Assembly: GCA_951406725.2 (NCBI GenBank)
Contig: OX597814.1
Coordinates: forward strand, 8,060,001 to 8,124,000
DNA length: 64,000 nt
Reading direction: 5' to 3'
From: Octopus vulgaris
Lineage: Eukaryota
Of the stretch, positions 24,066-37,992 are shown one piece after another. Position numbers and translations under genes: made by a program. Numbering within the stretch: the stretch's first letter is position 1; each line of letters begins with the position of its first letter. The notes beneath the pieces were generated by a model. The model was not told the DNA's origin, did not search any database, and saw nothing but the letters and a program-made list of their open reading frames with translations.

Positions 24066-27000
24066 TCTATTACATCAAAGTCAATGTCTTTATGTGTTCG
24101 TGTATTACTTATACATTCGAAAACTGCTGCAATGATCCTAATGAAATTTGGAACACAAAATCCAAGTCTAGGGAGAAGAGTAATGCTGTGTGTTTCCTAC
24201 AATTTCATGGACCAAAATCACTGAATGGATCCTTATGATATTTGAAACTTAGATTCAATGCATAAGGGCAGGTATAATGCAATATGTTTGGTTTGAATTT
24301 CATATGGCTTAAAGGAGGAAGAACCCCTGTGAAGATTCATAAATTTTCGATGTTGTTGAAATTTCAACCATGGGTAATTGACACATAAAAAAGTATTCTC
24401 AAAGTTTCCACTACTCATGAGGATTCTAAGACACCCTAATGGGGGCCTTAACTCCCAAATTTTAGTCATTTCTTTTATGATCCAAAACTAGGTCAAAAGT
24501 ACTGAATGGATTTTATGAGATTTGGAAATTATATTCTATGCATAAGGGCCATAACCCCCATGACAATTCGTATATTTTGGCTGTTGGAGAAATTTTCTCT
24601 CTCTCACCCTAAATCTACACTATATCTCTCTCTCAGTTATGTCTCTTAATACCTACAATGATGTATTCCTTCTCCAAGAGATGAGATGCGCCCCTTCCAT
24701 GGCTGCTAGTTTTCGTGGATCGCGATCCCCCCGCCTCTGTCTCGCTATGTTTTTCTCTATCTCTATCTCTTCACACTGACTGTCTCCCTATCTCTTCCGA
24801 TTACCACTCGACTTGACAGGACTTCCTACTTCCCCTCCACCACCACCCTATATAAACTAGCGCACACATTATAGCTCCCCTATTTCGATATCAAAACTTT
24901 GGCTGTAAACTACGAACGCAAAAGATGAATCACAGATAAGCATTCCTTTAAATTCAACCCGTTAACTACCTAGTATTATTTCTGCGCAATTGATTAACGC
25001 AGTTAGTTTATTTCTATTCTGTTCCACTCTGTCTATTTCAGCTTCACGCCTCATGTTAAATATATAATTCTATAGTTCCTCTTACTTATCGATGTCTAAG
25101 ATAAATTTAGCTCACGCATCTACCCTAAATCTGCAACATATCTCTCTCTCAATTATGTCTCTTAATACCTACAATGAAGTATTCCTTCTCCAAGAGATGA
25201 GATGCGCCCCTTCATGGCTGGTAGTTTGCGCGGGGAACCCGCCCTCCCACCCCCTCTACCTTTACAGGAAGTCCCAAATTTTGTCATCCTTGGTTGTCTC
25301 CCATCAACACTTTAAAGGCTTACGCCACCCCCATCCCCTGCTATATAAGGTAATGATCATACAGTGGCAAAATATGATAGTGTAGTGTACGCGGTTTGAA
25401 CTTAAGTCTATTGTTTGTCTATGAATCCTGCCAAATGCGAGTTTTCTTTTCAGGTACATGAAGCTACTGTCCCCCGTCCCAAGGTCCCTAGGGCCCATAC
25501 CTCCCACACCCTCAGGGTTGGCACCCTCAACGTTGGCACACTGAAAGGTAGGTTTGGCAGGATTGTTGAGTTGCTTGAACGGAGATGTGTTGATATGTGC
25601 TGCATCCAAGAAGTGAGGTGAAGAGGAAGTTCTGCTAGGTTCCTCACAGGCAAAGAACACAGGTACGAGATTTTCTGGGCTGGGAACACTGACGGGGTCG
25701 GGGGCGTTGGTATACTTCTTGCTGAAAAATGGGTAGATAAGGTAATTGAGGTAGTCAGAATATGCGACAGAATACTTAAGATTAGATTGGTGCTCCATCA
25801 TAGGTTAGCACCCATTATCTCGGCCTATGCCCCTAAGCCAGGCTACCCGATGGACAGAAAGACCGATTCTATGACACCCTACTGCAGACTATCTCGTTGA
25901 TGAACGACAGGACCTTCTCTTTGTGGCTGGTGACTTCAATGGTCATGTTGGGTGACATGCTGGGGGCTTCCATGGTGTACATGGAGGCTACGGTGATGGT
26001 TCCCGCAATGAGGAGGGAACCAGGCTGCTGGAGTTCTGCAATGCGAATGATCTTATGGTTTGCAACACTAACTTCAGGAAACCTACCAGCCACCTAGTCA
26101 CCTACTGAACAGGCCGGCATGCTAGCCAAATTGACTACATCCTTGCCAGGAAACAAGAAAGATGGCTGCTTATAAATGCCAAAACCACCCAGGCGAAGAA
26201 TGCACCCCACAACATAGACTGGTAGTCAGTGACTTCAGGATCAGGACTAAGAGGACGACCAGAAGATGACCAACATGGAGAAGAAGGGTCTGGAAGCCTA
26301 AAGTTCCTATGAATGGACAGAGATTTAGAGACATATTACTTGAAGCCTTTAACGAAATAGAAGGGGATATAGCTTCACATGGGGTAGAAGACAACTGGAG
26401 GTTTCTAAGGGACAACCTGCTGAGAGCCACTGACCAGATCTGTGGTTGGTGCAAAGTCCCCACTAGACCCAAAATAACGTGGTGGTGGAACAATATTGTT
26501 GATAGGGCTATTAGACAAAAGAAACAGGCTTGGAAGGACTGGAAGACCGGTGGTAGCAGAGAATTGTATCAGACTGCCAGAAAGAAAGCTAGGAGGCAGG
26601 TGTATTTAGCCATAGGGGAAGCTGATAAGACAAAATTTGCCAATGTTCTGCACCATGAGGACCAAAGACTTGAGGTATTTCGTGTTGCAAGATAGTGTGT
26701 GAGAGAGAATCATGATGTGGTAGGAGAGAAATGTGTTCGCATGGATGATGGTTCACTTGCGCTAAATGAGGATGCAAAGAGAGTGGTCTGGAGACGCCAC
26801 TATGAAAGGTTGCTGAACAAAGAAAAGGCATTGGATAAAGAGAGTCTACCAAATGTTGACCCAACAGAGGGACCAGCTATCCATGTTGACAGTTTCTTAG
26901 TAGTCAAGGCAATTAGAAGCATGAAGACAGGGAAAGCCCCAGGCCCATCAGGAATTACTGCAGAGATGCTCAAAATATCTGGTAGTGTCGGCTATACATG

Positions 27001-30000
27001 AAGGAGTCATACCCAATGACTGGTGTAGCAGCATAATAGTCAACTGCTACAAAGGTAAAGGTAACGCCCTAGATACAAATAATTTCAGAGGTATCAAGCT
27101 GTTGGATCAGGTAATGAAGGTTACGGAGAGGGTCATAGCCCAACTGATTAGGGAGAGAGTCAACCTGGATGAGATGGAGTTCGGTTTCGTGCCAGGGAAA
27201 AGCACCACTGATGCCATATTTCTGGTAAGACAGCTGCAGGAGAAATAGCTAGCCAAAGATAAGCCCCTGTACCTGGCTTTCATTGATATGGAGAAAGCCT
27301 TTGACAGGGTTGCCCCGATCACTTATCTGATGGTCATTGAGGAAACTAGAGATAGATGAATGGTTAGTGAGAGCCGTGCAAGCCATGTACAGGGACGCTG
27401 TAAGGTGAGGGTTGGCAACAAGTACACTGAAGAATTCTGGGTAGAGGTAGGGGTCCACCAAGGTTCAGTCCTCAGTCCCCTCCTATTTATCATAGTCCTC
27501 CAGCCAATAACGGAGGAATTTTAGACAGGATGCCCCTGGGAGCTCCTCTATGCTGATGACCTTGCTCTAATCGCTGAGTCACTACCAGAACTAGAGGCGG
27601 AGTTTCAAGTGTGGAAACAAGGATTAGAATCGAAGGGCCTTAGAATCAACCTAGCTTAAACCAAAGTCCTAATAAGTAGAAAGGCAGGCAAACCACAAAT
27701 CACTTCAGGTTTATGGCCCTGCTCGATCTGTAGTAGAGGTGTAGGTAGAAACTCTATGAGATGTACCGAGTGTAAGCTATGGACACATAAGAGGTGCAGT
27801 AATATCAAAGGAAGGCTAACTAGGAAGATAGTTTTTGTATGTGGCAGGTGCTCAGGAGCAATAAACACTGAGAATGTGCAGAGAACAATTTCTGCCACAT
27901 TCCAGGGAGAAAAACTAGTAGTAGTTGATAGCTTCCGTTACCTAGGTGACCAAGTCAGCAGCGGGGGCGGGTGTGCTGAAAGTGTAACTGCTAGAATAAG
28001 AATAGCTTAGGCGAAGTTCAGAGAGGTCTTACCTCTGCTGGTGACAAAAGGCCTCTCGCTCAGAGTAAAAGGTAGACTGTATGACGCATGTGTATGAACA
28101 GCCATGCTACACGGCAGTGAAACATGGGCTGTGACTGCTGAGGATATGCGTAAGCTCACAAGGAATGAAGCCAGTATGATCCGATGGATGTGTAATATCA
28201 ATGTGCATACTCAACAAAGTGTAAGTACCTTGAGAGAAAGGTTGGACCTAAGAAGCATTAGATGTGGTGTGCAAGAGAGATGACTGCGCTGGTATGGTCA
28301 TGTGGTGAAAATGGATGAGGATAGCTGTATGAAAAAGTGCCACACCTTAGCAGTTGAGGGAACCTGTGGAAGAGGTAGACCCAGGAAGACCTGGGATGAA
28401 GTGGTGAAGCACGACCTTCAAATATTAGGCCTCACCAAGGAAATGACTAGCGACCGAGACCTTTGGAAATATGCTGTGCTCAAGAAGACCCAGCAAGCCA
28501 GATGAAACCATAACCCGTGGCCTATGCCAGGAGCATAACCAGCCCACTTATGGGTAGTTTTCCTTCTTTGGTTGCTAAACTTTGCTTGCGAAGACCTGTT
28601 GAGGCAAGTGAAATCAAATCAAAATCACTTCGATGGCTGGTATCCGTGCTAGCGGGGTGCAAAGAGCACCATACGTGTATGATCGTTGACAGAGCGGCTT
28701 TTCGAGTATGATCGTTACCAGCATCGCCTTACTGACACTCATGCCTGTGCTAGTAGGGTGCCAAGAGCACCATCCGAGCGTGATCGTTGCCAGAGCAGCC
28801 AACTGGCTTCCGTGGCAGTGGTACATAAAAGGGCACCATTCGAGCGTGATCGTTACCAACGTTGCTTCACTGGCACCTGTGTCGGTGGCACATGTAGGAA
28901 GATTCGAGCGAGGTCATTGCCAGTACTGCCTGACTGGCCCCCGTGATGGTGGCACATAAAAAGCACCCACTACACTCTCGGAGTGGTTGGTGTTAAGAAG
29001 GGCATCCAGCTGTAGAAACTCTGCCAGATCAAGACTGGAGCCTGGTGCAGCCATCTGGTTGCCAGCCCTTAGTCAAAACCGTCCAACCCATGCTAGCATG
29101 GAAAACGGACGTTAAATGATGATGATCATGATGATGATTAGATACAAATGAAGTAATATTTATAAAATTTCACCTTCTTAGAAATTAGAAAGACCCCTTC
29201 ATGGGGACTTAACACCCACATTTTGTCATTTTATCTAAGCAAAGACGAATACAGTTGTACTCTTCGAAGATATAGGGTTACCCAAGTATAAAAGATGAGC
29301 ATCATTTGAAATTCAATGGTACAACAGTGTAACAGTTTGCTTTGACATACACTTACATTGTGATTTCTGCAATGTGCTGCATAAATTGTCAAGTAAATGA
29401 GAGGCATCTTTGCCTCCACTGATTCAGTTGCAAAGTGTGGAGTAAAGTTATTTGATTGCAGACCTCCTTTCACTCTTTTTATTATCACTGGGTCACACAT
29501 AGTCCCCAGATGGTAACATTGATTTCAAGGCCTTCCCAGATGAGTGACTGGTTATTCAAAGACATTTATAGATTGTAAATTTATTCTGTCCAGTTACGTA
29601 TCAGTATAGTGGTCATTTGCAAGCTCCAACTTTCATTTCTCCTTAGCTCTCACGTCACACAGTTGTTAATGTTTATTTCAGTTGGGCCATGGCCTTCCAA
29701 TTGCTATAGATCCGTAATGAATCTTACGGCTGTGCCTGTCACTTGGATGATGAGGAATCCTACATTGGGAGTGGTAACAACTAGGGTAGGGTAGCTGACT
29801 GCTTATTGTGATCATTCGTCTTTTGGTTTCCTGTAGCTTTGCTCTCCTTTACAAACCCAGTGAACATATATTTCCTATTTCAAAGAAATTCAAACAATAG
29901 ATATAAGACCCAAGTTAAAAAGATTCTCAACAATTCAACTTCTCTGCTTGACATTAAGACACCCACCCCCAACAGGGGCCTTAACTCTCACATTTTAGAG

Positions 30001-30268
30001 CTCCATGACCTTCATTTTTCAGGAGCAAAATCCTTTTAACAGGTTCTATAAGACTGGAATTTTGGAATATGTGCATAAAAATCAGTAGTATGGGATACAT
30101 GTGGCACGATTACAATTTTTTTAGGGTGTGTAAAGAGGGAAGTAACCTTCATCTGCAATTTTGATGAAATTTGAAACATAGATATTCCAGTTCATTGCAG
30201 AAATTATAACAGAACAGTCTAATTCTTCAATTGCATGTAACACGGCAAACGCCAGGTATCTCTGCAAG
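24066..30268 (+). mobile_element. Putative non-autonomous Helitron carrying a nested RTE
   Basis: A|TCTATTAC 5' end with the atgaaatttgg motif; ggggccttaactc.ca.attt motif recurs at ~24441, ~29203 and ~29975 on both sides of the RTE; 3' end cggcaaacgccagg..tgCAAG|T resembles the hairpin-CTAG end of the Helitron at 58294. Confidence 0.6.
25465..29138 (+). mobile_element. Near full-length RTE LINE (EN, RT, PHD-like finger, 3' repeats, GAT tail), with stops and frameshifts
   Basis: All domains collinear, from RVGTLNVGTLKGR through LYADDL, CTECKLWTHKRC..CGRC and RGRPRKTW to aacggacgttaaatgatgatga. Confidence 0.95.
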
Positions 30269-30357
30269 TATATATATATCATCATCATCAGCATCATCGT
30301 TTATGATGATGATATAATATATATAAATGTATGTGTGTGTGTGTGTGTGTGTATATA

Positions 30358-31062
30358 CTGGGTTGTCTGGAAAGTTTGTGCCGATTTTTAAAGGAAAGAA
30401 AAAGGTCAATAAATACTTGGCATTACATTTTTAATCAACCAAATACGAACCATTTCGTTGCACAATGTGTCTCCATCTTTCCTTTAACTTAAAAATACCC
30501 TCTTTCCAGAACTGAGGTGGTTTCATGGCAAACAATTCATCAAGGTATCTTTTTATATCATCCAAGGAATTGAAATTTTTACCATTAAGACTATTCTGCA
30601 GAGACCTGAATAATAACTAGAAATCTGAAGGAGCAATGTCACTTTCTGCCAATTCTTGGGCTGTGCAATGTGGGTTATTCTCAATTAATGACTTGATTTG
30701 GTCATCATCTGTAGTGGATGGTCTGCCTGATCGCTCTTTATCAATAAGGCTACAATCTCCAGCTTGGAACCTTGTGAACCACTTCCGTACAGTTCTTTCG
30801 GATAAAGGAACATCACCATAAACTGCACATATTTCTTTCGTTGCTTGTGAGGCATTTTTCCCTTTACAGAAAAAGATAAGCATCAAGTGCTGAAAATGAA
30901 CTTCCATTTTAAAGGGTTACAGAATTAACACAGGTTATAGGAACATAAACCTTCTTCCACGAAAAGATAGCTTCAACTGTGCTCTAAATGGACTCAACCA
31001 TGTTCTAAATAAGTGGAAATGAAAGCTACTATAAATCGGCACAAACTTTCCGGTCAACCCAA
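30358..31062 (-). mobile_element. Internally deleted mariner (705 bp), mellifera-like TIRs
   Basis: TIR (C/T)TGGGTTG.C.GGAAAGTTTGTGCCGATTT at both ends; the ORF fuses the HTH region (KNASQATKEICAVYG..RSGRP) directly to DIAPSDF. Confidence 0.9.
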
Positions 31063-31089
31063 TGTATATAATATATAAATGTATGTATG

Positions 31090-31133
<44 letters not shown>

Positions 31134-31699
31134 ACATATCTTTTATTGTTTATGGGTTTCAGCCAGGGGCTGAGGCCATGTTGGTGCACTGCCTTTACTG
31201 CATCTGGGGATTTTTCCAGTATTGCTTCTGGTGAAGTACCGAGCTGGATAATTTATTTTAATAACATAATTTTCTGTGAGTAAATTTTAATAACAAATTT
31301 TCTGTTAGTTCTCTTATACAAACACACAAGCCTCGATAGTGGAAATTTTTGGAATTAGCCAGGTGGGGTAAAATATAAAAAAATTGTGAAATCCGAGAAT
31401 TAAAATTTTTCCTTCATAACTTTCAGAAAACTGGATATATATTAATGAGATTTTATAGAAATACCTTCAAATAGCATAGATTATGATTATAAAGAAATTT
31501 ATGGGGAACATAAATATCGTTTTCAATGAGATCCTTCTTTGTCAGGAAAATTGAAAGAATGACATGATATGAATGCTCTCTTTATTTCTATCAAAACAGA
31601 CCCTTGTATTTTTTAAGAATGAAAATGACCCTGAGCGAGAAGATATTTAAAAAAAGGATTTTATTGGATAATTTGTACCCCACCTTTCTATTTCCAAAG

Positions 31700-32390
31700 T
31701 TTCTTTGGATTTTCGCTTTTGATATAGGAAATAAGAATTTTGCTCAAAAAACATGTTTTCAAAATTTTTATTTCCCTCTTGCCTCCTCAATTTTTTAATT
31801 TCTAACTTTTTTCAAAATTCTTTCTGTAATCCACATACAAAAATACAGAGATTACGAATCTTTAAGAATTAAAAAAAAAACCTTTTTTAAAGCAACATCC
31901 AAATTCCCTTCCCCAACCTCCACCAGCCATTACCTCCCTACTTTCCAAAAGCTAAAAGCTCTGAATGATTCACTTTTAGCTTTTTAGAAAGCAGGCAAGT
32001 TTTTCCAGAAATAATGTCATTTAGCTGTTCTTTCCAGTATGCTGGGTTTTCTTGTGGTGGTTTGATAGTTTTGACATTTACTAGAATTTTATGCATGTGT
32101 GAAACATACGACAAAAGTGAAACGTTCTGAGTTTTTAGTTTCTTTGAAAGTGAGGTGATGGGTGGGTGAGGTGGTGGCCTTGATTGTTTCTTTAAAATAA
32201 ATAAAAAAAATTTTTTTTAATTCCTAGATTTGTAATCTCTGTATTTTCCTACATGGATTAAAACAATTTGGAAAATGTTAAGAATTAATAAATTGGAATG
32301 GGGTGGAGTGGGGGAAATAAAAATTTTGAAAACGTGACTTTTGGGCGAAATCATATTTTCCAATATCGAAATCATAGAAATCCGAAAAAG
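31700..32390. repeat. Diverged inverted repeat (arms ~31700-31940 and ~32150-32390), foldback/MITE-like
   Basis: ttttcaaaatttttatttcccc pairs with ggggaaataaaaattttgaaaa; aatacagagattac pairs with gtaatctctgtatt. Confidence 0.75.
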
Positions 32391-32652
32391 AAAAAAAAAT
32401 CACCAGAAATGGATGGTGTACACAACCTTTACCTTTGCCTGAAAACTTAAGGTTAAATAAGATGTTAAATAGATATTATGAGGATAAAAAAAAATATGAT
32501 ACCAATAAATTGGGTATCTGTGATATAAAACTAGATATACAAAGAAATGAAATGAAAAGCGAAAGATTTTTTAGCCAATCAGAAAACAGGATTTTAAAAC
32601 AAGTGTTGTCAACTGTAACCACTCCTGTTGAGGTGGAAGAGGAGTGGCAGAA

Positions 32653-32712
<60 letters not shown>

Positions 32713-33566
32713 TGTGCGTATGTGTGTGTGTGTGTATGTGTGTGTGTGTGTATATAGTGGTGTGTGCAGCCTCTTGGCTTGCCACTCCTCAGTTAAACTG
32801 TCCAACCCATGCCAGCATGGAAAAGGGGATATTAAATGATGATGATGATGTACGTGTATATCAGATCTTGTATATATCTATGTATAATTCGATGTACATT
32901 AATAAATATAAGTTCAACACATTAAATTAATGCATAACATCTATATTAACACTGCCCACTCCCACACACATGATATCAAAAGCTTTGCATATTTATAAAG
33001 CAGGGATTTTATCAAGTTTAAAATGCCACACTGTTTTTATCATGTGTGTGAGAGTGAATACAAATCCCTTGAGCTATTTTTAGAGCAGTATCAACTATGG
33101 AACAAAGGTTTTGCCATTCAGTTGGAATAACTCTCTGTTCAAGAGAAATGAAAAATAGCAGTTAAAATGCCCAAAAGAGGCCATTAGTTATTCATTACAT
33201 CATAATGCACTTTAAAGTGCAAGTATGCACACTAACAAATGACTGAAACATCATGTAGGCAAAAAAGAGGAATTTAATATGACTTCACAATAATTAAAGA
33301 GTGAATATTCTATGTGTATTCTCTGTTTTCTTTAAACTACTAATTATTTCTCCTATATCAAAAAGAATGAAGCCTCCATAGAGACAACTGGACTTTCAAA
33401 AGTGAAAAGTACTAAGAATGGTCAAACCAACCAACTATAAACATAAGTAAGTAAGCATATGAACAAAAACCAGAAACATGAATCGATAATAATGTATAAC
33501 TTGTGCCCACTCGCACAACATATACCACAAAAAAAATTTTTTTTAAAGAAATTCTTTGCAAACAGG

Positions 33567-34125
33567 CATGTATGTAAGTATGTATGTATGCATGCATGCA
33601 TGCATGCATGTAGGTATGCATGTATGTATGCATACATGCATGTATGTATGTAGGTATGTATATATGTATGCATGCATGTATGTATATATGCATGCATGCA
33701 TGCATGCATGTATGTATGTATGTAGGTATGCATGCATGTATGTATGTATGTAGGTATGCATGCATGCATGCATGTATGTATGTAGGTATGCATGCATGCA
33801 TGTAGGTACGCATGCATGCAAGTATGTATGTAGGTATGCATGCATGCATGCATGCATGTATGTATGTATGTATGCATGCATGTATGTATGTATGCATGAT
33901 GTATGTATGTAGGTTTGCATGCATGCATGCATGCATGTATGTATGTATGTATGCATGCATGCATGCATGTATGTATGTATGCATGATGTATGTATGTATG
34001 TAGGTATGCATGCATGCATGTATGCATGTATGTATGTATGTATGCATGTATGTATGTATATATGTTCGTATGCATGTATGTATGTATGTATGTATGTATG
34101 TATGCATGCATGCATGTATGTATGT
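33567..34125. repeat. Compound (TATG/CATG)n microsatellite, ~560 bp
   Basis: Mixed TATG, CATG and TAGG tetramers. Confidence 0.95.
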
Positions 34126-34169
34126 ATTAGAGTCTCTATACAGTGATCCCATAACATGAGAGACTTCTT

Positions 34170-36030
34170 GCCCTCAAACATTACCTAGACCTTCGACCTA
34201 ACCCCCTAAGATGTCCACACTTCTCTGTCTGGCCAAACTTGTTCTCTCCATCCACTGCTTCTTGTTCATGGGGGAGTTTTACCAACAGGTCTCGAGCGTG
34301 GCCATGGGAATGAGAATTGGCCCCAATTATGCAAACCTGTTCGTTGGCTACGCCGAGGCCCAAATATTTTCAAGATTCACTGGTCCCAGTCCTGAACTAT
34401 ACGGTCGTTGTATTGATGACTGTATCAACTTGAACAACTAAACTCCTTCCTCTCTTTTGTTCAAATATTCCATCCTGCCCTCATATTCTCCTGCTCCATT
34501 TCCAACACTTCCATTGCGTTTCTCGATATTTTGGTCAACAATCACATCTCCACTCTCACCACCTCCATCCACTACAAACACACCAGCTCTCAACTTCTCC
34601 TCCTCCCACCCTAACCACACCAAGCGCTCCATCTCCTACTCCCAATTCCTCCATCTGTGCAGGATCTGCAGTGACAACCATGACTTTGAGACTCAGTCTC
34701 AACTCATGGCTTGCCACTTCATCCTTCATGGATATCACCTCACCAATATCCACACCGCCCTTGCCAAAGCATATTCTGTGGACTGTGCCTCTGCTCTCTT
34801 TCCCCACACCCACCCTGGCATTACCTGTTGCTTGTTTCCCATCACCTACCACCCTTCCACCCTGCCTCTCCAATGCACCATTCTCCAAGCCTTCCAGCAA
34901 CTCCAGTCCAACCCCTCCACTTTTCACATCTTCCCCAACCTACCCCTCCCCCTCTTCAAACAAGCCCACAACCTACATGACCTCCTGGTCCACAGTTTCT
35001 TCCCTAACCCAACCTCCTAACCTGGCTTGTTCCCCGGCTCCCACCCATGCTACCACACTTGACCCTACTTCTCTAACACCACCATCCTCACAGGCATCCA
35101 TCATCATCCCTATCACATCACTGACTCCTTTACCTGCACTTCTAGCAACGTCATTTACTGCATCTCCTGCACTTTTTGCCCTTCTCTATACATCGGTCAA
35201 ATGCAATGCCGTTTGGTTGACTAATTCACGGAATACCTCCGAGACATTAGAATCAGCAATGACACACCGGTCTCGCACCTTTTCTACTCTACCAGTCATG
35301 CATTACAACACCTGACTGTGTTTGGACGTCTTTGCACAGGGGCCAATCAGAGTCCCACCTTTGCCATGAACAGGAATTAATCTTCTCTCTTTACTCCTTT
35401 GCATTACATGCGCTCAACTCCCCTCCCCTCTTCATCTGACTTCCCTCCTCTCTACTTTCTTCATCTCACACCTACTTCCTTTCTTCACTCCTACCCACCT
35501 CTCCTCTCTTGCCCTGACACCTACTTCCTCTCTTCACTACTATCAATCTTCCCCCTTCATCGTTACCCCCTCCATCCACACCTATACCCCCATGCATGCA
35601 ACTCCCATATACCCCACATCCTCACCCCACCCTCACATCCCCACCACACCACACCACATCATACTACCCCGCGCACACTAGCACTGACCACTTCCCAGCA
35701 CCCACACATTACAGACGCACACACTTACATATGCAAACATCCACATGTCAAGGTCACCAGACATCTCTATCCAAATGCACACATACACTCTCACATGCAT
35801 GTGCACCTTCGTTTTGGGATAACCAATACTTTATTATGTCCCCTTCTTCCTAGCTCTCCTGTCTAACTAACTCTGTCCAGCCAGCTGCTATGATTGGCTG
35901 TTAGCCCCTAAAGCCTTTTTTATTCCTTTCTGTTGAAAAGCAAAGATTCATAACATAAAAGCATTTCTCACCTTCCCAAGCATTAAACTAATACACCTGT
36001 CTTCGTCTTCTGCTTTTCTGCAATTTCCAA
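34170..36030 (+). mobile_element. Penelope-like element of a second clade (Neptune-like), degenerate
   Basis: YQQVSSVAMGMRIGPNYANLFVG..RCIDDC, SSSHPNHTKRSISYSQFL, GIY-YIG FTCTSSNVIYCISC..LYIGQ. Confidence 0.85.
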
Positions 36031-36250
36031 CCCTATATATATGTATATATATAAATGATGAGCTTCTTTCAGTTTCTATCAACGAAATCCACTCCCAAGG
36101 CTTTGGCCAACCATTGACCTATAACAGAAGACACTTGTCCAAAATGCTGTGAGTGGAATTGAACCTGAAACCACAAGGTCAGGAAGTTAGCTTCTCAACC
36201 ACACTTGGATCTAAAAAGAAACATGAACTATAAAAAATGGTATTACTAAC

Positions 36251-37786
36251 CTTTCTGCACAATGGCTGCAGCAACCCCACCCCTGTGTTCCAGTCTGCCA
36301 TTTGCAGCATTAACAATAGCATCTGTGTCCAGAGTCGTGATGTCACCTTCCTTCAACACTATTTCACAGTTCTTATACTTTACATTAACTATTTCATCTG
36401 TTTCACTTCCTAAATCTGAATTTAATGATATTATGCTCTCAGATTGCTTCTGCATTTCACATAAGAAATTCTTTCCTTCTTCATTTTCCAGAAATTCTTG
36501 AAATCCAAACATTTCAAAGTTTTCTTCTTTTGAGCTGATATCTTTTCTTAAATTTTCTATAAATATTTCCATTTTCCTAATTTGCTCTTGTGTTCCTTCC
36601 ACGTGTAACTTATTATCTTTGAGACACACATTCTTTATTTTATTTTTCTCACTAAAATCATTGATTTCCTGTTCTTTGAACTCTTTAAGAAAGAGGAAAT
36701 GTGCAAGATTCATCGATATATAAGATTCGTAAATTAAAGATTGCTTAAAGTTATCAATTTTGCTTTTTATATAATCAACTACAGCATCAACAGCAACAAT
36801 AGAATTTTCTCCAATAAAACAGAAATCTAGAAACTCTTCTTTTACACTTTTAACTAATGTCAGCCACTTTCCATGATTTGGAGTATCCTTAATTTTGTCC
36901 ACAAAATCCAGTGTATTGGCAACAAAAGTTTCTTTCATGATTTCTTCCAGAAGTGAAAGATGTGTTTTATCACTTGCATAAAGTAATACTGAATCACCAT
37001 CACCCGTTTCCCATGAACCAATACATTTCTTGTTTCTCAGTTTTTCATCAAGATATTCTTTCACTGATTTTTTATTTATGATCATTCCAGTATTTAAAGG
37101 CAAACCCAGTTTCGATCTTACAACTGACTGAAGTATTTTATTCATATCCTTTTGACATTCGGCTATTTTGGAAGTGTTGCCTTCAAAAATAACTTTGTTA
37201 CCATGAATTCTGACTTTTAGATCTTCAGATTGTCTTTCTGCCTGCTCAAAAAATTCGAGACCAGACAGAATACGTCTTTCATGAATATTTAAATCATCCT
37301 CACGTTCCATTCTAAGATTATCCAAAAGTCTCTTTTTCATTTTAATCACATTACTTTTATCAAATCCCAAAATATGAGCTTGGAAATTCCGGTTATCAAA
37401 ATAAAAATACCTTTGGTCGGCTTCACTGTTAAATGTTCTAACAATGTCCCCAAACATATCAGTTGGAACATCAATAATTTCAACAGTAATGGAATTTAAT
37501 AAATCTTCCAAACATTTTTCAATTTCCTCAAAATTTTCTTTAGAATATTTTAATTTCAGTTTATTAAACTTGGAATCTTTCCAAATTACTTCAGCCAATT
37601 CCTTTAACTTGGAATCAAATACTAATTTATTTTTCTGTAAGAAAATCAGATGGAACTTGGAAGGTAGTAAATAGTCATGGACTTGCAGTCTTGAAATGGT
37701 ATTTTCTTCAGATGGTTCCCAGACCGGTTGAACATCTAACTCCACATGTTGCAGTATTTGTTCTCTGCTACAAACGTCCAGTACAA
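36251..37786 (-). CDS. Large exon of PARP14/PARP9-like gene (probable RRM end, KH-like region, start of macrodomain)
   Basis: ttttcataatttag|TT GTA CTG ... CAG AAA G|gttagt, 1536 bp, stop-free, phase 1-1. Ends IVLKEGDITTLDTDAIVNAANGRLEHRGGVAAAIVQK and joins in frame to the 19484 exon. The KH/RRM assignment is inferred from PARP14 architecture. Confidence 0.9.
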
Positions 37787-37992
37787 CTAAATTATGAAAA
37801 AGTAAAAAGATAAAATCATTTCGTTGGTGAGGGATTAGGGGTGAGCTGGGGAGTTCAGTGGGTAAAGACAGAAAAATATTTGAAGACAAAGTTATATGTT
37901 ATTATTATAATACATTAGCAAACAGGAAAATATAATCAACGTTTAACAGATACTAAGAAAACACAATCTCCATTAATTATAATAAATACTAG

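Noticed and set aside
35925-35965. Hammerhead at the 3' end of the Penelope at 34170-36030
   Set aside because: Expected position, but the core is too degenerate (no CUGANGA or GAAA) to call.
37787-37889. N-terminus of the 547-aa ORF as a real start
   Set aside because: Non-ATG start, and it spans a polypyrimidine tract and AG acceptor at 37788-37787, so it is intronic.
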